NCBI GenBank assembly: GCA_963728915.1
Contig: CAVSLV010000004.1
Location: forward strand, 192,001 to 256,000
Direction of reading: 5' to 3'
Length of the DNA: 64,000 bases
Origin: an uncultured Gemmatimonadales bacterium
Lineage (GTDB): Bacteria; Gemmatimonadota; Gemmatimonadetes; Gemmatimonadales; GWC2-71-9
Positions 20,440 through 28,997 of this stretch are shown here, piece after piece (the stretch's first letter is position 1; every line of letters begins with the position of its first letter). A program made the position numbers and the translations under genes. The notes under the pieces are model-generated. The model had not been told where the DNA came from. It did not search any database and worked only from the letters and a program-made list of their open reading frames with translations.

Positions 20440-20670
20440 ACAGCTGAGCGCATGAGTTCGGAATCATGTCGATCTATCACTGTATGATTCCTCCGTAGTG
20501 CAGTGTATTGCTGTAATAGTGTAATATTATGTACAATATGATGTTACATAACGCTGCAAGATCGCGCTGTTCTTCTATTAAACGCAACGCCATAGTCAGG
20601 CACAGCGGTTGCTCTGGTCATATGCCCAGGAAGTTGACAGCAAATCAACCTGCTTGCCGAATGGAGCGTT
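20440..20670. promoter_or_regulatory. AT-rich divergent promoter region with GTTACATAAC inverted repeat
   Basis: Sharp drop in GC between divergent genes; shares a 42-nt block with 24097-24138. Confidence 0.6.
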
Positions 20671-20674
20671 GTCC

Positions 20675-21199
20675 ATGCGTCGTCCCCGGTTCTTCCTCAA
20701 TACGATCCTCGGCGTTGTCATCGCCGCCGGATGCTCGAATGTGCCATCGGCTCCGGTGCAGGAGGAATCTCCGGCGCAGCCGAACCTGATCGGTTCGTTG
20801 ATTTCCGCTCTGCTTCCCGGCTCCTGCCCGAACCAGGAGAGTGCCGAGACCAGCGCGGTCATCGGTCCCAGGGGCGGCACCCTCCAGGTCGGTGCCCACA
20901 CCATCGTTATTCCCCCTTCTGCCCTTTCGAAGGACATCAGGATCACCGCGAAGACGGGGAGCCAGGCCGGTAACGCGATCCAGTTCGGTCCCGAAGGCCT
21001 TCGGTTCAACACCTACGCGACGGTCACGTTCGACATTTCCAACTGTCGTGGATGGGGGCTCCTGAGACTTCCGGTGGTGGTGTACACCGACAACCTGTTG
21101 CTCTCGATTCTGGAGCTCGAGCCTTCGGTCGTGAACAGTCGGGAGAAGACCGTCAGCGGCCACATCACCCACTTCTCCCGCTACGCGGTGGCGTACTGA
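20675..21199 (+). CDS. Putative lipoprotein with a beta-rich (ZU5-like) domain
   Basis: VIAAGC lipobox; IGP.GG.L, IPP.AL, FGPEGL.F and HFS.YAV patterns. Confidence 0.7.
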   Translation: MRRPRFFLNTILGVVIAAGCSNVPSAPVQEESPAQPNLIGSLISALLPGSCPNQESAETSAVIGPRGGTLQVGAHTIVIPPSALSKDIRITAKTGSQAGNAIQFGPEGLRFNTYATVTFDISNCRGWGLLRLPVVVYTDNLLLSILELEPSVVNSREKTVSGHITHFSRYAVAY

Positions 21200-21241
21200 T
21201 TCGGTAACGCACGACGAACTTCTGAAAGGAAGGCGGACCTC

Positions 21242-21301
21242 ATGCGTTGTCGCAAGGCGTTCCTGAGCACGATCCTGGGCGTTTCGGTCCTCGTCCACTG
21301 A
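21242..21301 (+). CDS. Unannotated 19-aa hydrophobic peptide MRCRKAFLSTILGVSVLVH
   Basis: AAGGAAGG RBS; the TGA overlaps the ATG of the TPR gene (TGATG); homologous to the signal peptide of 20675-21199. Confidence 0.55.
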   Translation: MRCRKAFLSTILGVSVLVH

Positions 21302-22353
21302 TGTCGGCAAAGCCGATGTACTCGTCCTCGATGCCCGAACCGGCTCAGACCGCCGCCCAGGTGCTCCTTCGGACCGGACGAGCGCACGACCGCGCCGGCA
21401 GAACCGAAGACGCCATCGCCTCCTACCAGCAGGCGATCCGGCTGGCCGAAGCGGGCGGCCGTCCCGACAAAGCCGTGCTGGTGGAGGCCCTGCGCCGCCT
21501 CGGTGTGGTTCGCCATTGGCGCAATGAAATCGCCGAGGCGCGGATGCTCTGCCGCCGGAGCCTCAAGGAAGCCAGCCTGTTCGGGGACCCGGCGCTCGCC
21601 GGCGAAGCGCTGAATGCGCTCGCGGGATTCGACACCGAGACGGGCGATCTTGCCGCGGCCCGGGCCCTCTATCGGACCGCGCTACCCCTGGCCGACGGCT
21701 CGCCCGGGCTGCGCGGACGGATCGAGCAGAACCTCGGCATCGTGGCGAGCATTCAGGGCGATCACGACGATGCCTTCCAGCACTACCATCGCTCCCTCGA
21801 CGCCTTCCAGGAGGCCGGCGACGATCCTGGGGCGGCCATTGCCTATCACAACCTCGGACTCATTGGCAGCCGCCGGGGCGAGCTCAACGAGGCCGAGAGG
21901 TGCTTCTCGGCCAGCGCCACTCGAGCAGTGCGCGGAGGCGACGTCTACCTGGAAGGGCTGTGCGAGCTGAGCCGCGCCGAGGTCTCCCTTCGAAAAGAGG
22001 AGTACAGCGGTGCGCTCGGACGGGCCGAGCGTGCCCTGGAGATCTTCGAGCAGATCGGCGCCCGGTTGGCCCAGGGGACCGCGTATCGGGTGATTGGCAT
22101 GGTCCTCCGCGAGACGGGCCGGGTCGCCCTGGCGGAAGACCGGTTCCGGACCGCCCTCAACATCGCGAAGGAAACCGGATCGCTCCTCGACCAGGCGGAA
22201 ACGGCTCGGGAGATGGCTTGCCTGCACCAGCGAACCGGGGAAAGGAAGGAAGCCGTCGCCCTCTTCACCGTGGCCAGGGACCTGTTCCAGAAACTTGATG
22301 CCCGCCTCGATCTCGAGGATGTGGGCCGCCGAATGGCCGAGCTGGCCGCATGA
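21301..22353 (+). CDS. Stand-alone TPR protein (unit 1)
   Basis: Tandem TPR helices (NLGIVA, HNLGLI); homologous to the N-termini of the neighbouring HD-GYP proteins. Confidence 0.85.
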   Translation: MSAKPMYSSSMPEPAQTAAQVLLRTGRAHDRAGRTEDAIASYQQAIRLAEAGGRPDKAVLVEALRRLGVVRHWRNEIAEARMLCRRSLKEASLFGDPALAGEALNALAGFDTETGDLAAARALYRTALPLADGSPGLRGRIEQNLGIVASIQGDHDDAFQHYHRSLDAFQEAGDDPGAAIAYHNLGLIGSRRGELNEAERCFSASATRAVRGGDVYLEGLCELSRAEVSLRKEEYSGALGRAERALEIFEQIGARLAQGTAYRVIGMVLRETGRVALAEDRFRTALNIAKETGSLLDQAETAREMACLHQRTGERKEAVALFTVARDLFQKLDARLDLEDVGRRMAELAA

Positions 22354-22354
22354 C

Positions 22355-23980
22355 ATGAGTCGCCCTTCGCAGTCGCTCCTTCCCCAGCCCGACTCGGAGC
22401 CGCGCCCCGCCGGCGCAATGCTTCGGGCCGGGCGTTCGCACGATCGGGCCGGCCGGCTCGATCAGGCGCTCATCGCGTACAGTGAGGCCATCGCGCTCGC
22501 CGAACTGGATCCCGAGCCCGCGGTGCTGGTCGAGGCGCTGCGTCGCAAGGCGGTGGTTCATCATCGCCGGAACGAGCCGTCGCTCGCCTCCGAGCTCTGT
22601 CAGCGGAGCTATGACGAGGCCGTCGCCCTGGGCGACCGCACTCTCGCAGGCGAAGCGATGAATGCCATGGGCGGTTTCCGAATGCAGATCGGAGACCTCG
22701 ACGAGGCCGAGGCCGCTTTCCAGGCTGCCCTGCGCCTGGCCCAATCCGACAGTTCCCTCCTCGGAAGAATCCATCAGAACCTGGGCATCCTCTCCAGCAT
22801 CCGGGGGCACCGGGAACAGGCCATGCAACACTATGGCCTTTCCCTCGAAGCCTTCAAGGAAGCGGGCGACGAGCGGGGGACCGCGATCGGCTACCACAAC
22901 CTGGGAATGGTGGCGAGTCAGCGGGGCGACCTGGATCAGGCCGAGGCTTCCCTCTCCCGCGGCGCGATGATCGCGGCCCAGATCGAAGACGTGCACCTGG
23001 AAGGACTCTGTTGGCTCAACCTCGCCGCGGTGTCCCACAAGGCGCAGCAGTTCGCCGATGCCCTGAAACGGGCCGAAGCCTCCCTCGCGATCTTCGAGCA
23101 ACTCGGCTCGGACGCCGACAAGGCGGACGCCTACAAGGTGATCGGCATGGTGTTCCGCGACACCGGACGTCCTGTCATGGGGGAATCGCGGCTCCGCGCG
23201 GCGGCCCAGATGGCGGTTCAGACCACCTCGGTCCTCACCGAAGCAGAGGCTTCCCGCGAGCTGGCGCTGCTCTATCAGACGGTGGGGCGGAATCAGGAGG
23301 CCCTGGGGCTCCTGAACCACGCCCACGGCTTGTTCTCCCGGCTCCGCGCCCAGATCGAGCTGGTGGACGTTGCCGGCAAGCAGCAGGAGCTCGAGGGGAC
23401 CTTCCTTCTCGTGGTGCGAGAGTGGGGTCAGTCGATCGAATCATCCGATCACTACACCCACGGGCACTGTGAGCGAGTTGCCGAGTACGCCCTCGCGGTG
23501 GCCCAGGCGCTCGGCTGCGATGCGATCCAGCAGACGACGGTGCGATTGGGGGCGTACCTGCACGACGTTGGCAAGGTGAGAGTTCCCCACGAAGTGCTGA
23601 ACAAGCCAGGCCGGCTCACCGACGAGGAATTCGAGCTGATGAAGCTCCACACGGTCCACGGCGTGGAGCTGCTCGCCGGGATCGAGTTCCCCTGGGACAT
23701 CAAGCCGATCATCCGGTGGCACCACGAGAAGCTGGATGGAACCGGCTACCCCGATCGGTTGAAGGGCGACGAAATCCCGCTCACCGCCCAGATCATCGGC
23801 ATCTCGGATGTCTATGACGCGCTCACGACGACCCGGAGCTACCGGGCCGCCATGCCGAGATCCGCAGCCCTGGCGGAGATGCAGCGTTGCCGGGGCTGGT
23901 GGCGTCCGGCGGTCTTCGAGGCGTTCATGCAGTCCATCGGCGCCGACCTCACCGAATCCGACCTGATCTCCGCTGCATAA
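22355..23980 (+). CDS. TPR + HD-GYP c-di-GMP phosphodiesterase (unit 1)
   Basis: N-terminal TPRs; HCERVA, LHDVGK, HHEKLDGTGYPD, DVYDALTTTRSYR. Confidence 0.92.
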   Translation: MSRPSQSLLPQPDSEPRPAGAMLRAGRSHDRAGRLDQALIAYSEAIALAELDPEPAVLVEALRRKAVVHHRRNEPSLASELCQRSYDEAVALGDRTLAGEAMNAMGGFRMQIGDLDEAEAAFQAALRLAQSDSSLLGRIHQNLGILSSIRGHREQAMQHYGLSLEAFKEAGDERGTAIGYHNLGMVASQRGDLDQAEASLSRGAMIAAQIEDVHLEGLCWLNLAAVSHKAQQFADALKRAEASLAIFEQLGSDADKADAYKVIGMVFRDTGRPVMGESRLRAAAQMAVQTTSVLTEAEASRELALLYQTVGRNQEALGLLNHAHGLFSRLRAQIELVDVAGKQQELEGTFLLVVREWGQSIESSDHYTHGHCERVAEYALAVAQALGCDAIQQTTVRLGAYLHDVGKVRVPHEVLNKPGRLTDEEFELMKLHTVHGVELLAGIEFPWDIKPIIRWHHEKLDGTGYPDRLKGDEIPLTAQIIGISDVYDALTTTRSYRAAMPRSAALAEMQRCRGWWRPAVFEAFMQSIGADLTESDLISAA

Positions 23981-23989
23981 CCATCGCCG

Positions 23990-24190
23990 CACCGCGTAGG
24001 ATCAGCGCGACACTTGACCCCCAGATTCCCAGGTATTCCATATTCAACTGCACAGATTTATTACAGTTTATGGTCCAGTTTATCTCATGTATCTCAATGC
24101 AATATATAATGTTATATAATAGAGCAAATTTTTGCTGTATTGTTGATGTGCGGTAGCTCCCGATACGGCACATCGGTTGCTCGATGGGGA
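23990..24190 (+). promoter_or_regulatory. Second AT-rich promoter/operator region
   Basis: AT-rich island containing TATAAT boxes; similar to 20529-20570. Confidence 0.6.
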
Positions 24191-24197
24191 TTTCACC

Positions 24198-25247
24198 ATG
24201 ACCATCTCCGCTCCCGAGCCCCTGTCCTCCGAAGTGCCGCCGAATGCCGGGCAGGTGCTCCTTCGCTCCGGAATCGCCCACGATCACGCGGGGCGACTGG
24301 AGCAAGCGATCGCTGCGTACGAGCAGGCGATCCGGGTCGCCAGGATGGGTGGCCGAAGACAGCGCCGCATCGTGATCGAAGCCCTTCGCCGCCACGCCGT
24401 GGTGCGGCAGCGTCGGAACGAGCTCGACCTGGCCCGCGACCTTGTGCAGCGGAGCCTCGAAGAAGCGCGAACCCTCGCCGACCCGGTGATGACGGGAGAA
24501 GCCCTGAACACACTCGGCGAGTTCGACATCGCAGCCGGCGACCTCGACGTCGCGGCGGAGCGGTTTCGCGCCGGCCTGGAGCTCGCCGCCAATTCCGCCG
24601 AGCTGCAGGCTCGCATCGAACAGAACCTCGGGCTCATCGCGACCATCCGAGGCCGCCACGAAGACGCGCGACTCCACCTCCGCCGCGCGCTGGATGGCTT
24701 CGATCAGCATGGGGGCGATGCCGAGATCGCCGCCGCCTTTCACCACCTCGGCACCATCGAGATGCGCCGTGGCGAATTCCTCGAAGCCGAGCAGTGTTTC
24801 TCGCTGAGCGCGGCTCGGGGGGCGCGGAGCGGCGATGTCAGCCTCGAGGCTCGTTGTCAGCTGGGCCGGGCCGAGATCGCCTTCCGGCGGGGTCACCACA
24901 GCACCGCCCTGCGGTTGGCCGAGGGCGCCCTCGAGGTGTTCGAGCAGAAGGGCGTCCGAGCCCCTCAAGCGTGTGCCTATCGAATCATCGGGATGGTCCT
25001 GCGTGACAGCGGACGCGCCGCGCTCGCCGAGGACCGGCTCCGCACCGCCATGACCATCGCGCGGGAAACCGAAGTGGTCCCGGAACAGGCCGCGGCGGCT
25101 CGGGAGCTGGCCCGCCTGCATCAGAACACCGGGCGAACTGGGGAGGCGGCCGTCCTTCTCGACTCCGCCCGAATGCTGTTCGAACGCCTCGGTGCGAGCC
25201 TCGAGCTTGAAGAAACCGACCGTCGGATCGCCGAGATCGCGGCCTGA
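24198..25247 (+). CDS. Stand-alone TPR protein (unit 2)
   Basis: Paralog of 21301-22353 (QVLLR.G.AHD.AGR.E.AIA.Y.QAIR; RIEQNLG; both end in AE(L/I)AA). Confidence 0.85.
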   Translation: MTISAPEPLSSEVPPNAGQVLLRSGIAHDHAGRLEQAIAAYEQAIRVARMGGRRQRRIVIEALRRHAVVRQRRNELDLARDLVQRSLEEARTLADPVMTGEALNTLGEFDIAAGDLDVAAERFRAGLELAANSAELQARIEQNLGLIATIRGRHEDARLHLRRALDGFDQHGGDAEIAAAFHHLGTIEMRRGEFLEAEQCFSLSAARGARSGDVSLEARCQLGRAEIAFRRGHHSTALRLAEGALEVFEQKGVRAPQACAYRIIGMVLRDSGRAALAEDRLRTAMTIARETEVVPEQAAAARELARLHQNTGRTGEAAVLLDSARMLFERLGASLELEETDRRIAEIAA

Positions 25248-25248
25248 T

Positions 25249-26880
25249 ATGATCGCCTCTGCCGCTTCGCGAATCGCCGGGAATCATGACCTGGATCTGC
25301 GTCCCGCCGGAGCCATGCTTCGGGCGGGCCGTTCCCACGACCGGGCCGGACGGCTCGACCACGCCCTCTCTGCCTACGCGGAAGCCATCGCGCTGGCCGA
25401 GTTGAGCGGTGAGCGCCCCGTCCTGGTCGAAGCCCTGCGACGGAAAGCCATGATTCACCATCGCCGGGGAGAGTCCGCGCCCGCCATTCAGTTCGGGGAG
25501 CGCAGCTATGACGAAGCGGTGGCCCTGGGCGATCGCGTCCTCGCTGGAGAAGCCTTGAATGGACTCGGCGGGTTCCGGGTGGCGGCGGGCCAGCTCGACG
25601 AGGCCAGAGCCATCCTCCGGGATGCCCTCCGGGTCGCCCAGGGAGATCAGGCCGTCCTGGGACGAATTCACCGGACCCTCGGCACCCTCGCGGGAATCGA
25701 AGGCCGGCTCACCGAGGCAACCGAGCACTTTCACCTCTCGCTCAGCGCCTTCGACCAGGTCGGCGACGATGGGGAGGCCGCCCTCGCGTGTTACCATGTG
25801 GGGGTCGATGCCAGCCAGCGCGAGGATTTCATCGACGCGGAAGCCTCTCTCAGCAGGAGCGCGGTCCTGGCGGCCCGCACCGAAGATGTCCATCTGGAAG
25901 GCCGTTGCTGGCTTGGATTGGCCGTCGTGGCGCACCGGAAGCAACAGTACGCCGACGCGATGAAACGGGCGGAGGCCGCCCTGGGGATCTTCGCGCAGCT
26001 CGGCTGCCCCATGGGGAAAGCCGATGCCTACCGGATGATCGGAATGATCTTTCGCGATAGCGGATACTCCCTGCTCGCGGAAGCCCGGCTGCGCGCCTCG
26101 GCGGAGATTGCCGCCGGGGCGTCGTTGCCGTTTGCGGAGGCTGAGGCATGCCGGGAGCTCGCCCTGCTCCACCACCACACCCTGGGCCGGCCCCGGGAGG
26201 CTCTGTCCCTGCTGGGGCACGCGCGTGGCCTGATGAGCCGCCTGTCCCCGGTGAACGAGCTCGGGGATGCAGCGGCCAGGCAGCGCGACCTTCTGGCAAC
26301 CATGCTGCGGGTCGGTCGCGAGTGGGGACAGACCATCGAAGCGGCGGAGCCGTATTTTCGCGGACATTCGGAGCGGGTCGCCGAATATGCGGTAACCGTG
26401 GCGACGGCGCTGGGATACTCTGAAGAAGAGCTCGCCCTGGTGCGGCTGGGCGGGTATCTCCACGACATTGGCAAGTCCCGGGTCCCTCACGAAGTGCTCA
26501 CCAAGCCGGCGCGACTGACGGCGGAGGAATTCGCCCAGATGCGGCGCCACTCCGTCTATGGCGCCGAGCTGATTCAGGGGATGGAATCACCCTGGGATCT
26601 GGAACCGATGATCCGGTGGCACCATGAGCGGGCCGACGGGAGCGGGTATCCCGACGAGCTTCGGGGGGACGCGATTCCGGTCGCTGCCCAGGTGATCGGA
26701 ATTGCGGACGTGTACGATGCGCTCACCACCGCGCGGAGCTACCGTCCCGCCATGCCGCGGGATCTGGCCCTCGCCGAAATGCGACGCTGCCGCGACTGGT
26801 GGCGCCCGGAGGTCTACGACGCCTTCCTGCAGACGCTTGGAGCGGATCTCAGCGAATCGGAGCTGATCGCGGCGGCCTGA
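25249..26880 (+). CDS. TPR + HD-GYP c-di-GMP phosphodiesterase (unit 2)
   Basis: HSERVA, LHDIGK, HHERADGSGYPD, DVYDALTTARSYR; paralog of 22355-23980. Confidence 0.92.
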   Translation: MIASAASRIAGNHDLDLRPAGAMLRAGRSHDRAGRLDHALSAYAEAIALAELSGERPVLVEALRRKAMIHHRRGESAPAIQFGERSYDEAVALGDRVLAGEALNGLGGFRVAAGQLDEARAILRDALRVAQGDQAVLGRIHRTLGTLAGIEGRLTEATEHFHLSLSAFDQVGDDGEAALACYHVGVDASQREDFIDAEASLSRSAVLAARTEDVHLEGRCWLGLAVVAHRKQQYADAMKRAEAALGIFAQLGCPMGKADAYRMIGMIFRDSGYSLLAEARLRASAEIAAGASLPFAEAEACRELALLHHHTLGRPREALSLLGHARGLMSRLSPVNELGDAAARQRDLLATMLRVGREWGQTIEAAEPYFRGHSERVAEYAVTVATALGYSEEELALVRLGGYLHDIGKSRVPHEVLTKPARLTAEEFAQMRRHSVYGAELIQGMESPWDLEPMIRWHHERADGSGYPDELRGDAIPVAAQVIGIADVYDALTTARSYRPAMPRDLALAEMRRCRDWWRPEVYDAFLQTLGADLSESELIAAA

Positions 26881-26893
26881 TTAGTTTTGTCGG

Positions 26894-28510
26894 ATGGCCC
26901 TCCCCACGGCCACCTCCTCCTCCGCGACCTCGCCGGTCGGATCGACCAGCAGAACCGAAGCCGGCAACAAGCGGGTCGCCAACGCGCTGCTCCAGTGGAT
27001 CGATCACCCGTCGCGACTGACCCTGGTCGCGATGCTGATCGGCTGGGGTGCGATGTACTTCGCCTATCGGGATCACTGGCTTGGCCTGGTCCTGGCGCTG
27101 GCTTGCACCGTGGCCGGTTTCGTCGCGATGGAGCGGGGACGGTCCAAGGCGCGCGGTCGATCCCATCGGCTTCGCGCCGCCATCGATGCCGCGGCCGCGA
27201 GAAACCGGGAGCTCGATCTGCTGCGGGGACTGGGCGCCACCCTCCTCCGGGTGCGGAGCAGCGGAGAGCTCCTCGAGGAAGCCGCCAGCCGTGCCAACCA
27301 TCTCCTCAACTGCCAGAGCAGCCTCATTCTCCTCATGGCCGAGGAAGGCCGCTTTCTCCGGATCGGCGCCGCCGCCGGGCGGCTTCGCTCCGCGGTCGGT
27401 GGCCTGGTGCCGGTGGAACGGTCTCTGGTGGGATGGAGCGTGGGCACCGATCGTCCGGTCGTCAGCCAGGACATGGCGAAGGATCCCCGGAATTTCCCGG
27501 TCCAGGCCATCCCGTCCGACCTGACCCGCATGATCACCGTGCCGCTCCGTTCCTCGGGTGTGGTGATCGGCGTGGTGACCTGCCTCAACCGCCAGGAAGA
27601 TCCCGGGTTCGGCGATCACGATGTGGCGCTGCTGACCGCCCTCGCGGAACAGGTGGCGGTGGGGCTCGATCGCGCCTTCATGATCGAGGAAACCCGCCGG
27701 AGCGAACAGGCCCTGGCGGACAAGAACCGGGAGCTGGTTCGGGCCACCAAGCTCAAGGACGAGTTCCTCGCCAACATGTCCCACGAGTTTCGCACTCCGC
27801 TCAACGCGATCATCGGGTTCTCCGAGCTGATCCTCGCGAGCCAGAGCGAGTGGATGAACGAGGAACAGCGGGATTTCATCGAGTCCATCGCCCGGAACGG
27901 CCGGCACCTCCTCGGCCTCATCAACAACATTCTCGATCTCTCCAAGATCGAAGCCGGGCGGATGACGGTGAATCTGACCCGGGCCGACTTCCGCGCGTCC
28001 CTGCGCGCCGCGGTGACCGACACCGCGAGCATCCGGCTCAACAAGCGGCAGACCTGCACCATCGAGGAGGCGGACCAGCCGATCGACCTGCTCGCCGATC
28101 ACGTCCGGGTGCGCCAGATCCTGATCAACCTGCTCTCCAACGCCTCCAAGTTCACTCTCGAAGGGGGCAGCATCCATGTCTCGGCGGTGCGAACCTCGGT
28201 TCCCCTCCCGATGCCCGCGAGCCGGAATGGAGAGTCGGCCCGGCTGGTGACCCGCGACGCGGTCTGGATCTCGGTCCGGGACACCGGCACCGGCATCAAG
28301 TCGGAGGACATGGACAAGCTGTTCAAGGTGTTCAGTCAGGTCGACAGCTCCTCGAGCCGGCAGCAGCAGGGCACCGGCCTGGGCCTCGCCCTCTGTAAGC
28401 AGTTCGTCGAGATGCACGGCGGGACCATCGGGGTGGAATCGGTGTATGGCGAGGGCAGCACCTTCTGGTTCGTGCTCCCCCTCGAGGGCCCCATCCGGCA
28501 TCCCCAATAG
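26894..28510 (+). CDS. Membrane-anchored GAF sensor histidine kinase
   Basis: Two TM segments, GAF domain, FLANMSHEFRTPLNAI H-box, NLLSNA, DTGTGI and GTGLGL boxes. Confidence 0.93.
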   Translation: MALPTATSSSATSPVGSTSRTEAGNKRVANALLQWIDHPSRLTLVAMLIGWGAMYFAYRDHWLGLVLALACTVAGFVAMERGRSKARGRSHRLRAAIDAAAARNRELDLLRGLGATLLRVRSSGELLEEAASRANHLLNCQSSLILLMAEEGRFLRIGAAAGRLRSAVGGLVPVERSLVGWSVGTDRPVVSQDMAKDPRNFPVQAIPSDLTRMITVPLRSSGVVIGVVTCLNRQEDPGFGDHDVALLTALAEQVAVGLDRAFMIEETRRSEQALADKNRELVRATKLKDEFLANMSHEFRTPLNAIIGFSELILASQSEWMNEEQRDFIESIARNGRHLLGLINNILDLSKIEAGRMTVNLTRADFRASLRAAVTDTASIRLNKRQTCTIEEADQPIDLLADHVRVRQILINLLSNASKFTLEGGSIHVSAVRTSVPLPMPASRNGESARLVTRDAVWISVRDTGTGIKSEDMDKLFKVFSQVDSSSSRQQQGTGLGLALCKQFVEMHGGTIGVESVYGEGSTFWFVLPLEGPIRHPQ

Positions 28511-28526
28511 GTTGTAGATTCTCGGC

Positions 28527-28862
28527 ATGGGCGTGATCCGGCGGCGAATCGTCGCCCTCCTCCTGTTCGGGCTGGCGTTCCAGGGCGGCCCGGTCATGGC
28601 GCTCCTCGAGGCCTGGGAGCACGCCCACCTCAATGGTGCCCGCCACGGGCACGTCATCCATTTCGAATCCCGGGGAGCCCAGGACCACGACGATGCCTGT
28701 CTGGCCTGGATTCCTCCGGCCGGCAAGGCGCCGGTTGCCCGCGGGACCGTTTCGATCGCGCTCCCGGTCTCGTTGCCGATGCGCGCCGCGCCGATGGCAA
28801 CCCAAGCCTGCGGCCGGCCGGCTCTCCTTCCTCCATCCCGCGCACCTCCCGCTACGGCCTGA
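28527..28862 (+). CDS. His-rich leader protein with C-terminal RAPP motif (DUF2946/CruR-like)
   Basis: N-terminal hydrophobic segment, HAH..HGH..H..HDDAC, ends SRAPPATA; directly upstream of a TonB-dependent receptor. Confidence 0.7.
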   Translation: MGVIRRRIVALLLFGLAFQGGPVMALLEAWEHAHLNGARHGHVIHFESRGAQDHDDACLAWIPPAGKAPVARGTVSIALPVSLPMRAAPMATQACGRPALLPPSRAPPATA

Positions 28863-28873
28863 GCCAATCCGTT

Positions 28874-28897
28874 CCGCACCGGCACCAGCCGGTGCGG
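28874..28897 (+). promoter_or_regulatory. GC-rich hairpin between the leader and the TBDR gene
   Basis: CCGCACCGGC-ACCA-GCCGGTGCGG, a 10-bp perfect stem. Confidence 0.55.
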
Positions 28898-28997
28898 CTC
28901 TGACTTTCACGGACTGCCATCCGGGGTTCGTGCCTGCCCGCTTTCCTCCGGGAAGCGCGGGTTATGGGCTCCGGCAGGCCACAGCGGAGAAACGATC

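Noticed and set aside
24070..24156. Small ORF MVQFISCISMQYIMLYNRANFCCIVDVR in the second AT island (and MYNMMLHN... at 20529)
   Set aside because: There is no RBS and the codon usage is atypical. The similarity between the two is better explained as a conserved DNA site.
20440..26880. Horizontally acquired island suggested by the AT-rich patches
   Set aside because: Only the intergenic patches are AT-rich. The genes have host-like GC, and no integrase, tRNA or flanking repeats are seen.
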